A DNA stretch of 64,000 nt from Tissierellia bacterium (GCA_012520755.1 JAAYNS010000084.1:3808-67807), one strand, 5' to 3'; counted from the first letter of the stretch, positions 42,156 through 51,697 are shown. A program made the numbers and translations. Notes: a model not told the origin generated them from the sequence alone.

Positions 42156-42305
42156 TTGAAAACTATTAGTTTTATAAAAATAGTAATTTTTGGAACGCTT
42201 ATTTTGCTCATTTCATCAATAATAGCCTTTAATATTGTATCCAGTAATTCAGATGAGATTCCAAGTAGGGCTACTCTGGTAAAAAAAGATCAAGATAGGT
42301 ATTGA
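42156..42305 (+). CDS. 49-aa single-TM protein heading spoVA (absent from the ORF track)
   Basis: AGGTGA RBS, TTG start; MKTISFIKIVIFGTLILLISSIIAFNIVSSNSDEIPSRATLVKKDQDRY. Confidence 0.7.
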   Translation: MKTISFIKIVIFGTLILLISSIIAFNIVSSNSDEIPSRATLVKKDQDRY

Positions 42306-42310
42306 TAATT

Positions 42311-42922
42311 ATGGATAAAGAAAAAGTGTATATAGTTCTAAGAGAAAAGTTAACTTTAGATACCGAAGATTACATATGTGTAAAAGATATAGGAAAGGTA
42401 TATTGTTTAGAGGAAAAGATAAGAAAGCCTATTGAGAATATTCAAGTATATGCTAGTTCTTCTATTGAAACTTGGGACTTAATTGATCCGACTCTAATTG
42501 CTGAAAAGATAATGGATAGGATTACTAATATAGATTTGAGTTTTCTTGGTGCTTCAGATGTTCTATTAGAAATCAAGTCCAAAGAAAAAGAAAATAAAGT
42601 ATTTGATTTTGTAAAGGTTTTGTTTGTAAGTGCTACTTTATTCTTTGGAGCTGGTTTAGGTATTATGTATTTTCATGAGGATGTGAATATGATAAATGTT
42701 ATGGAGAAATTATACTTCTCTTTTACTGGTATAAATGAGGAAAACCCATTAATAATGTCTATTCCATATTGTATTGGTATTGGAGTAGGGGCATTGATAT
42801 TTTCTAGCAGAATAAGAAGTGCATCTAAGAGAAGAAGAATGGAACCAGATCCGATGGATATAGAATTGTATTTATATAATAAAGATATGGAAGAATATAT
42901 AATGAATGAATTAAGAAAATAA
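42311..42922 (+). CDS. spoVAA: Stage V sporulation protein AA
   Basis: FFGAGLGIMYFHEDV, PYCIGIGVG, EPDPMDIE..Y. Confidence 0.9.
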   Translation: MDKEKVYIVLREKLTLDTEDYICVKDIGKVYCLEEKIRKPIENIQVYASSSIETWDLIDPTLIAEKIMDRITNIDLSFLGASDVLLEIKSKEKENKVFDFVKVLFVSATLFFGAGLGIMYFHEDVNMINVMEKLYFSFTGINEENPLIMSIPYCIGIGVGALIFSSRIRSASKRRRMEPDPMDIELYLYNKDMEEYIMNELRK

Positions 42923-42933
42923 TAGGAGTTAAT

Positions 42934-43350
42934 ATGAATTATATTTTACCGATAGTATCATCTTTTAGTGGTGGTCTAGTTGCAGGAGGAGCATTCATAT
43001 CATTCGTGACTTTATTAGAAATATTTCCACGTTTGATGCAGTTTACGAATACAGATAAGTACCAAATGTTATACGAGTCAATATATATCTTAAGTACAAT
43101 TGCTTTTACTATTCTATATTTTTCTGATTTTTATATAAGGTTAAATAGCATATTAGTGGTTATTATAGGACTTTTATTTGGTGTATACTTAGGGCTGTTT
43201 TCCTCTGCTTTGGCAGAAATTCTGAATGTGCTGCCCGTTATTTTAAAAAAAATAAAAATTAAGAGGAACATGAAGTTTGTATTTTACTCTTTAGCAATTG
43301 GTAAAGTAGCTGGAGCATTATATTATTTTATCTTTAAAATTGGAGGATAA
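42934..43350 (+). CDS. spoVAB: Stage V sporulation protein AB
   Basis: GGLVAGG, IFPRLMQ, ALAEILNVLP, GKVAG. Confidence 0.9.
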   Translation: MNYILPIVSSFSGGLVAGGAFISFVTLLEIFPRLMQFTNTDKYQMLYESIYILSTIAFTILYFSDFYIRLNSILVVIIGLLFGVYLGLFSSALAEILNVLPVILKKIKIKRNMKFVFYSLAIGKVAGALYYFIFKIGG

Positions 43351-43351
43351 T

Positions 43352-43792
43352 ATGGATAAGTTTAATAAAAAAGATTATAAGAAATATTCTGATAAAAAAG
43401 TACCTAACCCTCCCTATTTAAAAAATATGCTAATAGCATTTTTAGTAGGTGGGATTTTTTGCACCTTAGGACAAATTATAACAAACATCTTGAAATCGAA
43501 TGGTCTTGACAATGAAATGGCAGCTGCAGGCACATCAATTTCAATGGTATTAATAGGAGCTTTATTAACTGGACTTGGATTGTACGATAAAATAGGCAAA
43601 GTTGGTGGTGCTGGTGCGGCAGTCCCAATAACTGGATTTGCAAACTCCATTGTGGCACCAGCAATGGAGTATAAAAGAGAAGGATTTATTTTTGGGGTTG
43701 CTGCCAAAATGTTTACAGTTGCCGGGCCTGTTTTAGTTTATGGAATTGGCGGTTCGGTTATAGTTGGGTTAATAACTCTATTATTAAGGTAA
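43352..43792 (+). CDS. spoVAC: Stage V sporulation protein AC
   Basis: AFLVGG, GAGAAVPITGFANS, KMFTVAGPV. Confidence 0.96.
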   Translation: MDKFNKKDYKKYSDKKVPNPPYLKNMLIAFLVGGIFCTLGQIITNILKSNGLDNEMAAAGTSISMVLIGALLTGLGLYDKIGKVGGAGAAVPITGFANSIVAPAMEYKREGFIFGVAAKMFTVAGPVLVYGIGGSVIVGLITLLLR

Positions 43793-43802
43793 GGTGATAG
43801 AA

Positions 43803-44822
43803 TTGGCATTGAAAAAAATAGGTGCTCAAACAAGAAAAATGGAAAATCCTCCTTCTATTCTAAGTTATTATTCTATTGTAGGGCCAAAAGAAGGGGAAGG
43901 TCCTCTTAAGGATTATTTTGATTTAATATTAGAGGATGATTTGTGGGGTCAGGAATCATGGGAGAAAGCAGAAAGTAAAATACAAGAAGAATGTGTAAGG
44001 TATGCAATTGACAAGGGTGGCTTGTCATCTGAAAATATTGATTATTTAATAGCTGGGGACTTAATTAATCAGATTACTCCCTCTTCATACAGTGCTAGAC
44101 AATTATCAATACCCTATTATGGTATTTTTGGAGCTTGTTCAACTATGACCCAATCCTTATCATTAGGAGCAATGCTAATAGATGGTGGGTTTGCAGACTA
44201 TATAGCATGTGCTGTGTCTAGTCATTTTAGTACAGCAGAAAGGCAATTCCGTTTTCCATTAGAGTATGGGAATCAGAGGAAGATGTCAGCTCAGTGGACA
44301 GTTACAGGAGCAGGTACAACGATACTATCTTCAACTGGAAATGGACCCTATGTAAAGTATATTACTACTGGAAAAATTATTGATCCAGGCATCACAGATT
44401 CTGCAAATATGGGAAGTGCTATGGCACCTTCGGCTATTGATACGCTTGTCAACCATTTCCAAGATACTGGACTTGATCCTTCCTATTATGATTTGATTCT
44501 ATCTGGAGACTTGGGTTATGTTGGTAAGGACATTTTGATGGACCTTATGAAGAAAAAAGGTTATGATTTGTCAAAGAATTATACTGATTGTGGAGTAGAG
44601 ATATTTGACAAGTTTGAACAAGATACTCATGCAGGAGGTAGTGGATGTGCATGTTCCGCAGTTGTTTATAATGGCTATGTATTTAAGGAAATGGCAAAGG
44701 GAAAGTACAATAGAGTATTATTAATGTCAACAGGTGCATTACATTCTACTATGAGCACTCAACAAGGAGAGTCTATTCCAGGGATTGCCCATGCAGTATC
44801 TATTGAAAATACAAAGGAATAA
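43803..44822 (+). CDS. spoVAD: Stage V sporulation protein AD (DPA-binding)
   Basis: VGPKEGEGPL, AGDLINQ, GACST, QWTVTGAG, AGGSGCAC. Confidence 0.97.
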   Translation: MALKKIGAQTRKMENPPSILSYYSIVGPKEGEGPLKDYFDLILEDDLWGQESWEKAESKIQEECVRYAIDKGGLSSENIDYLIAGDLINQITPSSYSARQLSIPYYGIFGACSTMTQSLSLGAMLIDGGFADYIACAVSSHFSTAERQFRFPLEYGNQRKMSAQWTVTGAGTTILSSTGNGPYVKYITTGKIIDPGITDSANMGSAMAPSAIDTLVNHFQDTGLDPSYYDLILSGDLGYVGKDILMDLMKKKGYDLSKNYTDCGVEIFDKFEQDTHAGGSGCACSAVVYNGYVFKEMAKGKYNRVLLMSTGALHSTMSTQQGESIPGIAHAVSIENTKE

Positions 44823-44831
44823 GGTGAATTT

Positions 44832-45188
44832 ATGGAATACATAAAAGCTTTTGTAGTTGGAGGTATTATCTGCTTAATAGGTCAAGTAATATTAGATAAT
44901 ACAAAATTTACTCCTGCTCATTTATTGCTAACCTTCCTTCTTTCAGGAGTAATTCTAGGTGCTTTAGGCTTATATCAACCTATAGTTGATTTTGCTGGGG
45001 CAGGTGCGTCTATACCTATAAGTGGTTTTGGTAATAGTTTGGCTAAGGGTGCCATTAAAGGTGCCAATGAAAAAGGCATTATTGGAGCATTTACAGGAGG
45101 GATTGAAGCTACAGGTGCTGGAGTAGCTGCCATAATACTATTTGGATATATTATGGCTGTTATATTTAATCCAAAAACAAAGGACTAA
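44832..45188 (+). CDS. spoVAE: Stage V sporulation protein AE (SpoVAEb)
   Basis: AFVVGG, AGAGASIPISGFGN, FNPK. Confidence 0.95.
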   Translation: MEYIKAFVVGGIICLIGQVILDNTKFTPAHLLLTFLLSGVILGALGLYQPIVDFAGAGASIPISGFGNSLAKGAIKGANEKGIIGAFTGGIEATGAGVAAIILFGYIMAVIFNPKTKD

Positions 45189-45209
45189 GATTTATTAAAC
45201 TTAGTCCTT
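45180..45209. terminator. Bidirectional terminator between spoVA and the class A PBP gene
   Basis: aaggactaag/cttagtcctt between convergent genes. Confidence 0.75.
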
Positions 45210-45236
45210 TGTTATGTGTGCGGTCAGCATTGTTTT

Positions 45237-48200
45237 TTAGAATAGAGGTACTACTGGAACCGCTTCTTCATTATCATTATTATTTCCATTGTTGTTTCCA
45301 TTACCATTATTATTTCCGTTTCCATTGTTATACCAATTATTGTTATCATTATTATTATTATTATTGAACCATTGATTAAACCAGTCTTCGAATGGATCAA
45401 GTGGTACTACTGTTGTTTCATCATGTTCATTGCAAATAGCAGTAGGAGCTTGATATTCATAATCACCTGGTACTAAGTCATTGTTAGCAGTAGGATCATA
45501 AGGTGGAGTTCTTTGGATAAATACCTTTGTTTCAACTGTATCATTAGGACAATATTCGTTTGCTATTTTACCTGTTGTTGTATCAATTTGAAGTTCCACA
45601 TGCATATCACAATGCTCTTTTGGCTGAGTACCTGCAGCGAATATTTCTGATTTTATTACACCTCTAGGATCTCTAGTACATAATTCTCCAGCTAACATAC
45701 CTGATTGGGTACAAACACTTGCTGATACTATTCCGTCTGGCTTATCAAAACTCGTTTTGCTCTCAAGGTTCTCATGTACCTTAGCGTTTATATGTTGCCA
45801 TAATTGTGCAGCAGTAGAACTACCCTTTGACATTGTTATCTTTGGTGAATCATTACCTATCCATACTCCAGAGACATAGTAAGGGGTATAGCCTACAAAC
45901 CAGATATCTGCTTGTTCGTTTGTAGTACCTGTTTTACCTGCAGTAGCCATATTAGGAATTTTAGCCCTACCTGCAAGCCCGTTTGTAACAGATGTCCTTA
46001 GAATGTCGCTCATAATGTATGCAGTTTGTGGTGATGTTACTATATTTTCTTTTGGTATATTATTTAACAATTCGTTACCATTTTTATCAATTATCTTAGT
46101 AAATGCTATTGGCTCGACATATATACCGCCATTAGCAATAGTGCCATAGGCTGCTGTCACTTCTAATGGGCTTAATCCTTTGGTCATACCGCCCAAGCCT
46201 AATGCTGATAGATTCTCATCATTTGTAGCAGGATTCTCTTCTCTAGTTACAATATTATCCTTATCTGGGTTTTCAGAATTAACAATACCCATTTTTTCTA
46301 AATAGGATAGGGATGTTTCTACACTAATACTTTCTAGTATTTTAACAGAGTTTACATTGATAGATTGTTCTAGTGATTTTCTTAATGTATTAATACCACG
46401 GTAACCTCTGTACCAGTTTTTTGGCCATAATTGTCCACTTGAATTATAAAAAGGCACATCATCAATAGGAGATGCAGCAGTAAAACCATTGTCTAAGGCA
46501 GGATAATAAACTGCAATAGGCTTAATAGCAGAACCAGGTTGTCTTGCAGAGTCTGTTGCTCTGTTAAGAATCCTTTGTCCCTCAATATCTCTTCCTCCTA
46601 CTACTGCTTTAATATGTCCTGTTCTATAGTCAAGTACGACAGTAGCTGATTGGGGTTGAACAATACCATCTTTAGCTATATAAAAATATTTACTATTTAT
46701 TAATAAATTGTCATTTTCTATTTTATAAAAGTCCTTATTTTTATCTAAGAATACTTTAGAAATTGTAATTGATTTATCATCAGATAGTGAGAACTCTCCT
46801 TCAGGTATTACAATAGACCCAACTGTATGAGTGACCAGATTTTTCCTCTCATCAATTGAATAATAATCTTCTACATCTATATGTTTTGGATATGGATTTA
46901 ATTTATCATTTTTAATGATAAGGTCCCCATCACTTAATTGATAACTACCAGCCTCTATGATTAGATAGTAGTCTTCAGTAAGTAAGTTTTCCTTTTTATA
47001 GAAAAGAAGGTTCCCTTTTTCATCTAATACATTAGCAGCTTTATTAAGTTTCCAATCTACCAAAACAGGGCCTTTAATATTACTAGTATTTCCAACCAAT
47101 ACTTCTGTAAAGTTCTCATAAACACTTTCAAGTTGTTGTTGCATATCAACGTCTATGGTAGCATAAATTGACAAGCCACCTGTGAACAATAAATCTTCAG
47201 CTTGTTCTTTTGAATAGTTCAATTTTTCAACCAAAGACTCAATAACAGAAGATTTAACATAATCCGTAAAGTATGAGGTTATATCGTTATTCTTCTTTTG
47301 TTCTGGTTTTAAGCTTGTTTTAATATCTTGTCTAAGTGCTTCATCGTATTGAGCTTGGGTTATCTTTCCTAATTCAAGCATTTTGCCTAGGACTAGTTTT
47401 TGTCTCTCAACAGATGTTTCGTTGAAGACTAAAACATATTTTTCACCTAAAACATCAATTCGTCCTACTTCATAATGTTTTTCTGGGTCAAAATCATCAG
47501 GTTTAACTCTAATATAAGGCTGATAGATATTTGGACCTTTGACAATGCCTGCAATTATTGCTGATTCAGCAATTGTAAGCTGGTCAACGTCTTTAGAAAA
47601 ATAAGTACGAGCTGCTTCTTGAACTCCATAAGCATTCTGTCCAAAGGAATTTCTATTTAAATAAGCTTCAAGAACCTGATCTTTTGTTAAAACCCTTTCT
47701 ATTTGGATAGCCAAATATGCTTCTTTTATTTTACGGCTTAAACTAATTTCAAAGGGATCTAAATACAAATTCCTTGCTAATTGTTGTGTTATAGTACTAG
47801 CTCCACGAAGTGAACCACTCTTAATATTGTCAACAACAGCCGCTACAATTCCATATGGATCAACACCAATATGGTCTATAAATCTTTCGTCCTCAATTGA
47901 GATGAACGCATCTAAAAGGTGTTGAGGCATCTTATCTATACTTACAACGGTTCTAAATTCAGGGGCTTGAATTTTTTCGATTAAATTACCATTTTGATCA
48001 AAAATTGAAGAAGTTTGAGCTAAAGAGGCATTGATATTTGAAGGATCAATGTCTGGAACTTCTCGTATTATTGAAATAACAGCACCTGCTACTACACCAC
48101 CAGCTATTATAGTAAAAATAAATATTAAAATTATTGCTATTTTAAGTATTTTACCAAAAGAAACCTTTTTCTTTGATTTCTTTTTATTATCATCTGACAT
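45237..48200 (-). CDS. Class A penicillin-binding protein (PBP1A-like, 987 aa)
   Basis: Transglycosylase motifs EDERF..H.G, GASTITQQL, RKIKE; transpeptidase motifs SAIK, SIN, KTG. Confidence 0.95.
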   Translation of the reverse strand: MSDDNKKKSKKKVSFGKILKIAIILIFIFTIIAGGVVAGAVISIIREVPDIDPSNINASLAQTSSIFDQNGNLIEKIQAPEFRTVVSIDKMPQHLLDAFISIEDERFIDHIGVDPYGIVAAVVDNIKSGSLRGASTITQQLARNLYLDPFEISLSRKIKEAYLAIQIERVLTKDQVLEAYLNRNSFGQNAYGVQEAARTYFSKDVDQLTIAESAIIAGIVKGPNIYQPYIRVKPDDFDPEKHYEVGRIDVLGEKYVLVFNETSVERQKLVLGKMLELGKITQAQYDEALRQDIKTSLKPEQKKNNDITSYFTDYVKSSVIESLVEKLNYSKEQAEDLLFTGGLSIYATIDVDMQQQLESVYENFTEVLVGNTSNIKGPVLVDWKLNKAANVLDEKGNLLFYKKENLLTEDYYLIIEAGSYQLSDGDLIIKNDKLNPYPKHIDVEDYYSIDERKNLVTHTVGSIVIPEGEFSLSDDKSITISKVFLDKNKDFYKIENDNLLINSKYFYIAKDGIVQPQSATVVLDYRTGHIKAVVGGRDIEGQRILNRATDSARQPGSAIKPIAVYYPALDNGFTAASPIDDVPFYNSSGQLWPKNWYRGYRGINTLRKSLEQSINVNSVKILESISVETSLSYLEKMGIVNSENPDKDNIVTREENPATNDENLSALGLGGMTKGLSPLEVTAAYGTIANGGIYVEPIAFTKIIDKNGNELLNNIPKENIVTSPQTAYIMSDILRTSVTNGLAGRAKIPNMATAGKTGTTNEQADIWFVGYTPYYVSGVWIGNDSPKITMSKGSSTAAQLWQHINAKVHENLESKTSFDKPDGIVSASVCTQSGMLAGELCTRDPRGVIKSEIFAAGTQPKEHCDMHVELQIDTTTGKIANEYCPNDTVETKVFIQRTPPYDPTANNDLVPGDYEYQAPTAICNEHDETTVVPLDPFEDWFNQWFNNNNNNDNNNWYNNGNGNNNGNGNNNGNNNDNEEAVPVVPLF
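45269..45366 (-). repeat. Asn/Gly low-complexity repeat in the PBP tail
   Basis: NNNNNNDNNNWYNNGNGNNNGNGNNNGNNNDN. Confidence 0.9.
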
Positions 48201-48263
48201 TAAATAACCTCCTAATTCATGAATATAGCAAACAATTATTCAGTGATAAGATAAACTCATATT

Positions 48264-48292
48264 ATTATACCATATAAAAAATACAATGTTAA
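48264..48292 (-). promoter_or_regulatory. sigmaA promoter of the class A PBP gene
   Basis: TTAACA-17-TATAAT with extended TG on the minus strand. Confidence 0.65.
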
Positions 48293-48481
48293 TAAATTGA
48301 TATTTCATATTGTTTACAATATTATTACGATTAAATAAGTTAATAAACAATTAAGTAATGTGTATTTATAATATGTTAAGGATTCAATAGTAATAATAAT
48401 ATTAAATTGGATAATAGTAGGAAATGATGTTATACTTAATTATAATAGGCTGTTTATAGAGTATTTAGGGGTGATAATTTA

Positions 48482-49753
48482 GTGGAATCTAATTTAGAAA
48501 AAGTATTAATTGTAGGGATTGAGTTGCCTGATGATATAATTGATATAGAAACTTCAATGGACGAATTGCAAGAATTAGTAAAAGCTGCTGAAGGAGTGGT
48601 AGTATCTAGGGTAATACAGAAAAGGGAGAAGATTAATTCAGCTTACTTCATTGGTAAGGGTAAAGCGTTTGAAATAAAAAATTACTGTGACGAACTGGAC
48701 ATAGCAACAGTAGTTTTTAATGATGAATTAACTGGTGCACAAATTAGAAATTTAGAGACTACAATAAATAGAAAAATTGTAGATAGAACAAATCTCATAT
48801 TAGACATTTTTGCTAGTAGAGCTCGTTCGAATGAAGGAAAACTACAGGTAAAATTAGCACAGCTTAAATATAGATTACCTAGACTTATAGGTTTTAGAGA
48901 CTATCTATCCAGAACAGGTGGCGGTATAGGCACAAGGGGGCCTGGTGAACAAAAATTAGAAACAGATCGAAGGCATATTTTAAGAGAGATAGATAATATT
49001 GAAGAACAATTAAAAGAAGTTGAGAAAAATAGAAGTGTAAAGAGGAAAAAACGTGAAGACTCAAGTCTGCCTATAGTATCATTAGTTGGATATACAAATG
49101 CTGGAAAGTCTACCCTCTTAAATAAATTAATAGAATTTAAAGATGAAAAGGAAGAAAAGAAATATGTTTATGTAGAAGATATGCTATTTGCAACCCTAGA
49201 TACTTCATTGAGAAGAAGTAGATTACCAAATGGCCAAGCTTTTCTTATAAGTGATACAGTAGGATTTGTTTCAAAATTACCCACTCGTTTAATAGAAGCA
49301 TTTAAAGGTACTCTTGAAGAAGTTAATTATTCTGATTTACTAATTCATGTAGTTGATGCTTCAAGTAAGGATTTAGATATACAATTAAATACAACTATGG
49401 AGATTTTAAAAGACTTAGAAGTACTAGATAAACCAATTATCACTGTGTTTAATAAAATGGATAAGGTTGATATATCAAATTTAATATATGACAATAAATT
49501 AGTGGACAATAAGATTTTTGTATCAGCTAGGTATGATATAGGTCTAGACAAACTAATGAAATTGATTGAAGAATTATTACCTCAAAAGTATAAAGAAGTA
49601 ACACTTAAGATACCATTTGATGAGCAAGGCCTAGTAAATTACTTTATGAATAATTATGAGGTCAAAAATATTGACTATGTAGAAGAAGGTACGCTTTTGG
49701 AATTTGCTATAAATCAAATAGATTATGAAAAATATAAGACTTATATGGTGTAA
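48482..49753 (+). CDS. hflX: GTPase HflX
   Basis: GTRGPGEQKLE, VGYTNAGKST, LFATLD, DTVGF, NKMD. Confidence 0.98.
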   Translation: MESNLEKVLIVGIELPDDIIDIETSMDELQELVKAAEGVVVSRVIQKREKINSAYFIGKGKAFEIKNYCDELDIATVVFNDELTGAQIRNLETTINRKIVDRTNLILDIFASRARSNEGKLQVKLAQLKYRLPRLIGFRDYLSRTGGGIGTRGPGEQKLETDRRHILREIDNIEEQLKEVEKNRSVKRKKREDSSLPIVSLVGYTNAGKSTLLNKLIEFKDEKEEKKYVYVEDMLFATLDTSLRRSRLPNGQAFLISDTVGFVSKLPTRLIEAFKGTLEEVNYSDLLIHVVDASSKDLDIQLNTTMEILKDLEVLDKPIITVFNKMDKVDISNLIYDNKLVDNKIFVSARYDIGLDKLMKLIEELLPQKYKEVTLKIPFDEQGLVNYFMNNYEVKNIDYVEEGTLLEFAINQIDYEKYKTYMV

Positions 49754-49765
49754 GGAGTTTTTTAG

Positions 49766-50410
49766 ATGAAGGATGTTTACAAAACTATAAAAGGAAAAGG
49801 TGTAGATGAGGTTCTAATAAACAAGTCGAGATTTATTGGCTATTCTGCACCTATTGATTCCGAGGAAGAAGCCTTAGAATTTATTGAAGAAATAAAAACA
49901 AAGCATAGGGATGCTACCCATAATGTTTATGCATATTGCTTTGGTGAAGATTCCAATATACAAAGATTTAGTGATGATGGGGAGCCTTCAGGCACTGCAG
50001 GTATTCCAGTACTGGAAGTGTTAAAGAAAGAAGATTTGAGAAATATTGTAGTAGTTGTTACTAGATATTTTGGCGGAATTAAATTGGGCAGTGGCGGACT
50101 CATTAGGGCATATACAAAAGGAGCAAAAATAGCGATTGACGCTGGATTGGTTGTGGATATGACCCTGCATGTTGAGACTAAAATCAGTATAGAATATACG
50201 GTTTTAGGTAAATTTGAGAATTATTTGATGACAAGTGGATTGAAAGCAGAAGAAATTGAGTATAAAGAAGATATAGTATTTACACTGTTTGTAGAAAAGT
50301 CTAAAATAGATGGATTTGAAGCTGATGTGTTGGATATAACTAATGGGCAGGCTGTAATTAATTATTTAGATGAAAAACATCTCCCATTAATCCAAGGCAA
50401 GAGAGTATAA
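49766..50410 (+). CDS. yigZ: YigZ/IMPACT family protein
   Basis: KSRFIG, ATHNVYAY, SDDGEPSGTAG, RYFGGIKLGSGGLIRAY. Confidence 0.95.
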   Translation: MKDVYKTIKGKGVDEVLINKSRFIGYSAPIDSEEEALEFIEEIKTKHRDATHNVYAYCFGEDSNIQRFSDDGEPSGTAGIPVLEVLKKEDLRNIVVVVTRYFGGIKLGSGGLIRAYTKGAKIAIDAGLVVDMTLHVETKISIEYTVLGKFENYLMTSGLKAEEIEYKEDIVFTLFVEKSKIDGFEADVLDITNGQAVINYLDEKHLPLIQGKRV

Positions 50411-50437
50411 AGATATTAGTTGTGTGGGAGGAATAAG

Positions 50438-50827
50438 ATGAGTATTAGACAGGAAATGCTTGATAAGAAAATATGGGCAGTAGTTGGTGTTAGTGGTAAG
50501 AAGGAAAAATGGGGATATAGACTTTACAATATTTTAAAGGAGAATGATTATAAAGTCTATGGTGTAAGTCCAAACTATGATGAAATAGAAGGGGATAGAG
50601 TATATCATTCTCTTAAAGATGTGCCAGAAAAGGTAGATGTAATCAATATGGTGGTATCTCCAAGAATTTCTATTAATATTCTTGGAGAAGCTAATAGTCT
50701 TGGAATAGAGTATGTGTTCTTTCAACCAGGGTCCTACAATAATGAAGTGGTTGCTAAAGCTGAAGAGTTAGGATTAAAGTATTTAATTGGTGATTGTGTA
50801 TATGCTATTTTGAAAAATAGGTCTTAA
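50438..50827 (+). CDS. CoA-binding domain protein (YccU-like)
   Basis: WAVVGVS, KWGY, YGVSP, FFQPG, GDCV. Confidence 0.9.
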   Translation: MSIRQEMLDKKIWAVVGVSGKKEKWGYRLYNILKENDYKVYGVSPNYDEIEGDRVYHSLKDVPEKVDVINMVVSPRISINILGEANSLGIEYVFFQPGSYNNEVVAKAEELGLKYLIGDCVYAILKNRS

Positions 50828-50841
50828 GACCTGTTTTTTTT
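50813..50841. terminator. Bidirectional terminator
   Basis: aaaaataggtc-ttaa-gacctgttttt between convergent genes. Confidence 0.7.
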
Positions 50842-51177
50842 GAATAATTCATATATTCCTACACCAAGTAGAAATATACCAAAATAGCTTCTTAAATTGT
50901 TTTCTTCAATTTGTGTAGCTAATAATGACCCTATGATTGCGCCTGTTAACCCACCAATGATTATTTTTTTATTATGTTTACTATCTAGATTTCCCTCTTT
51001 ATTATGGGTAATTAATGCAATAACGGCAGATGGTATAAAAACTACTAAATTGATACCTTGAGCTTGGATTTGCTCTATATTACTTAATAATACTAATGAA
51101 GGGATTAAGATTACACCACCACCAATTCCCATACCACTAATTATACCTGAAAACAAACCAATTAGTATTAACTTCAT
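50824..51177 (-). CDS. TauE/SafE family half-transporter (second half)
   Basis: SGMGIGGGVILIP, AQGINL; ATG overlaps the upstream TGA (ATGA). Confidence 0.88.
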   Translation of the reverse strand: MKLILIGLFSGIISGMGIGGGVILIPSLVLLSNIEQIQAQGINLVVFIPSAVIALITHNKEGNLDSKHNKKIIIGGLTGAIIGSLLATQIEENNLRSYFGIFLLGVGIYELFKKNRS

Positions 51178-51533
51178 TGGAATATCATCCTTAGAGCAGT
51201 ATAAATAATGACACACCCAAATGCCTTACTTAAAATCTTTGATGGAATTTTCTTTAATGATTTTGCTCCAATGTAGCTCCCTAATAGAGAGCCTGCCATA
51301 ACAAAAAGACTTGTAGCTATAGATATGCTATTACTTAAAAAATAAACAATTGTACTAATAATTGTTATTGGAAGAATAATAGATATAGCAGTAGCATGAG
51401 CCTTATACTCTTTTAATCCAAGAAAATAACCTAGTGCTGGTACTATTATCATTCCGCCACCTGAACCAAATAAACCGTTGATTATTCCTGTTATTAAACC
51501 TAATGATAATAATTTAAAATTATTGTTTTTCAT
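51174..51533 (-). CDS. TauE/SafE family half-transporter (first half)
   Basis: NGLFGSGGGMIIVP, AHATAI, GSYIGA. Confidence 0.88.
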   Translation of the reverse strand: MKNNNFKLLSLGLITGIINGLFGSGGGMIIVPALGYFLGLKEYKAHATAISIILPITIISTIVYFLSNSISIATSLFVMAGSLLGSYIGAKSLKKIPSKILSKAFGCVIIYTALRMIFQ

Positions 51534-51697
51534 AACAAACTCCTATAATATAGTATTAAGATCTCTCATTTCTAATTTCACCAAATAAGATTAAGATATA
51601 CATATAAGAAAAAGCTGGATAATAAGTATAAAAGCATTGGTATATTTCTTTAATTGTGTTAAAATGTTAAGGCAATAATATATAAGGAGTGGAATTT

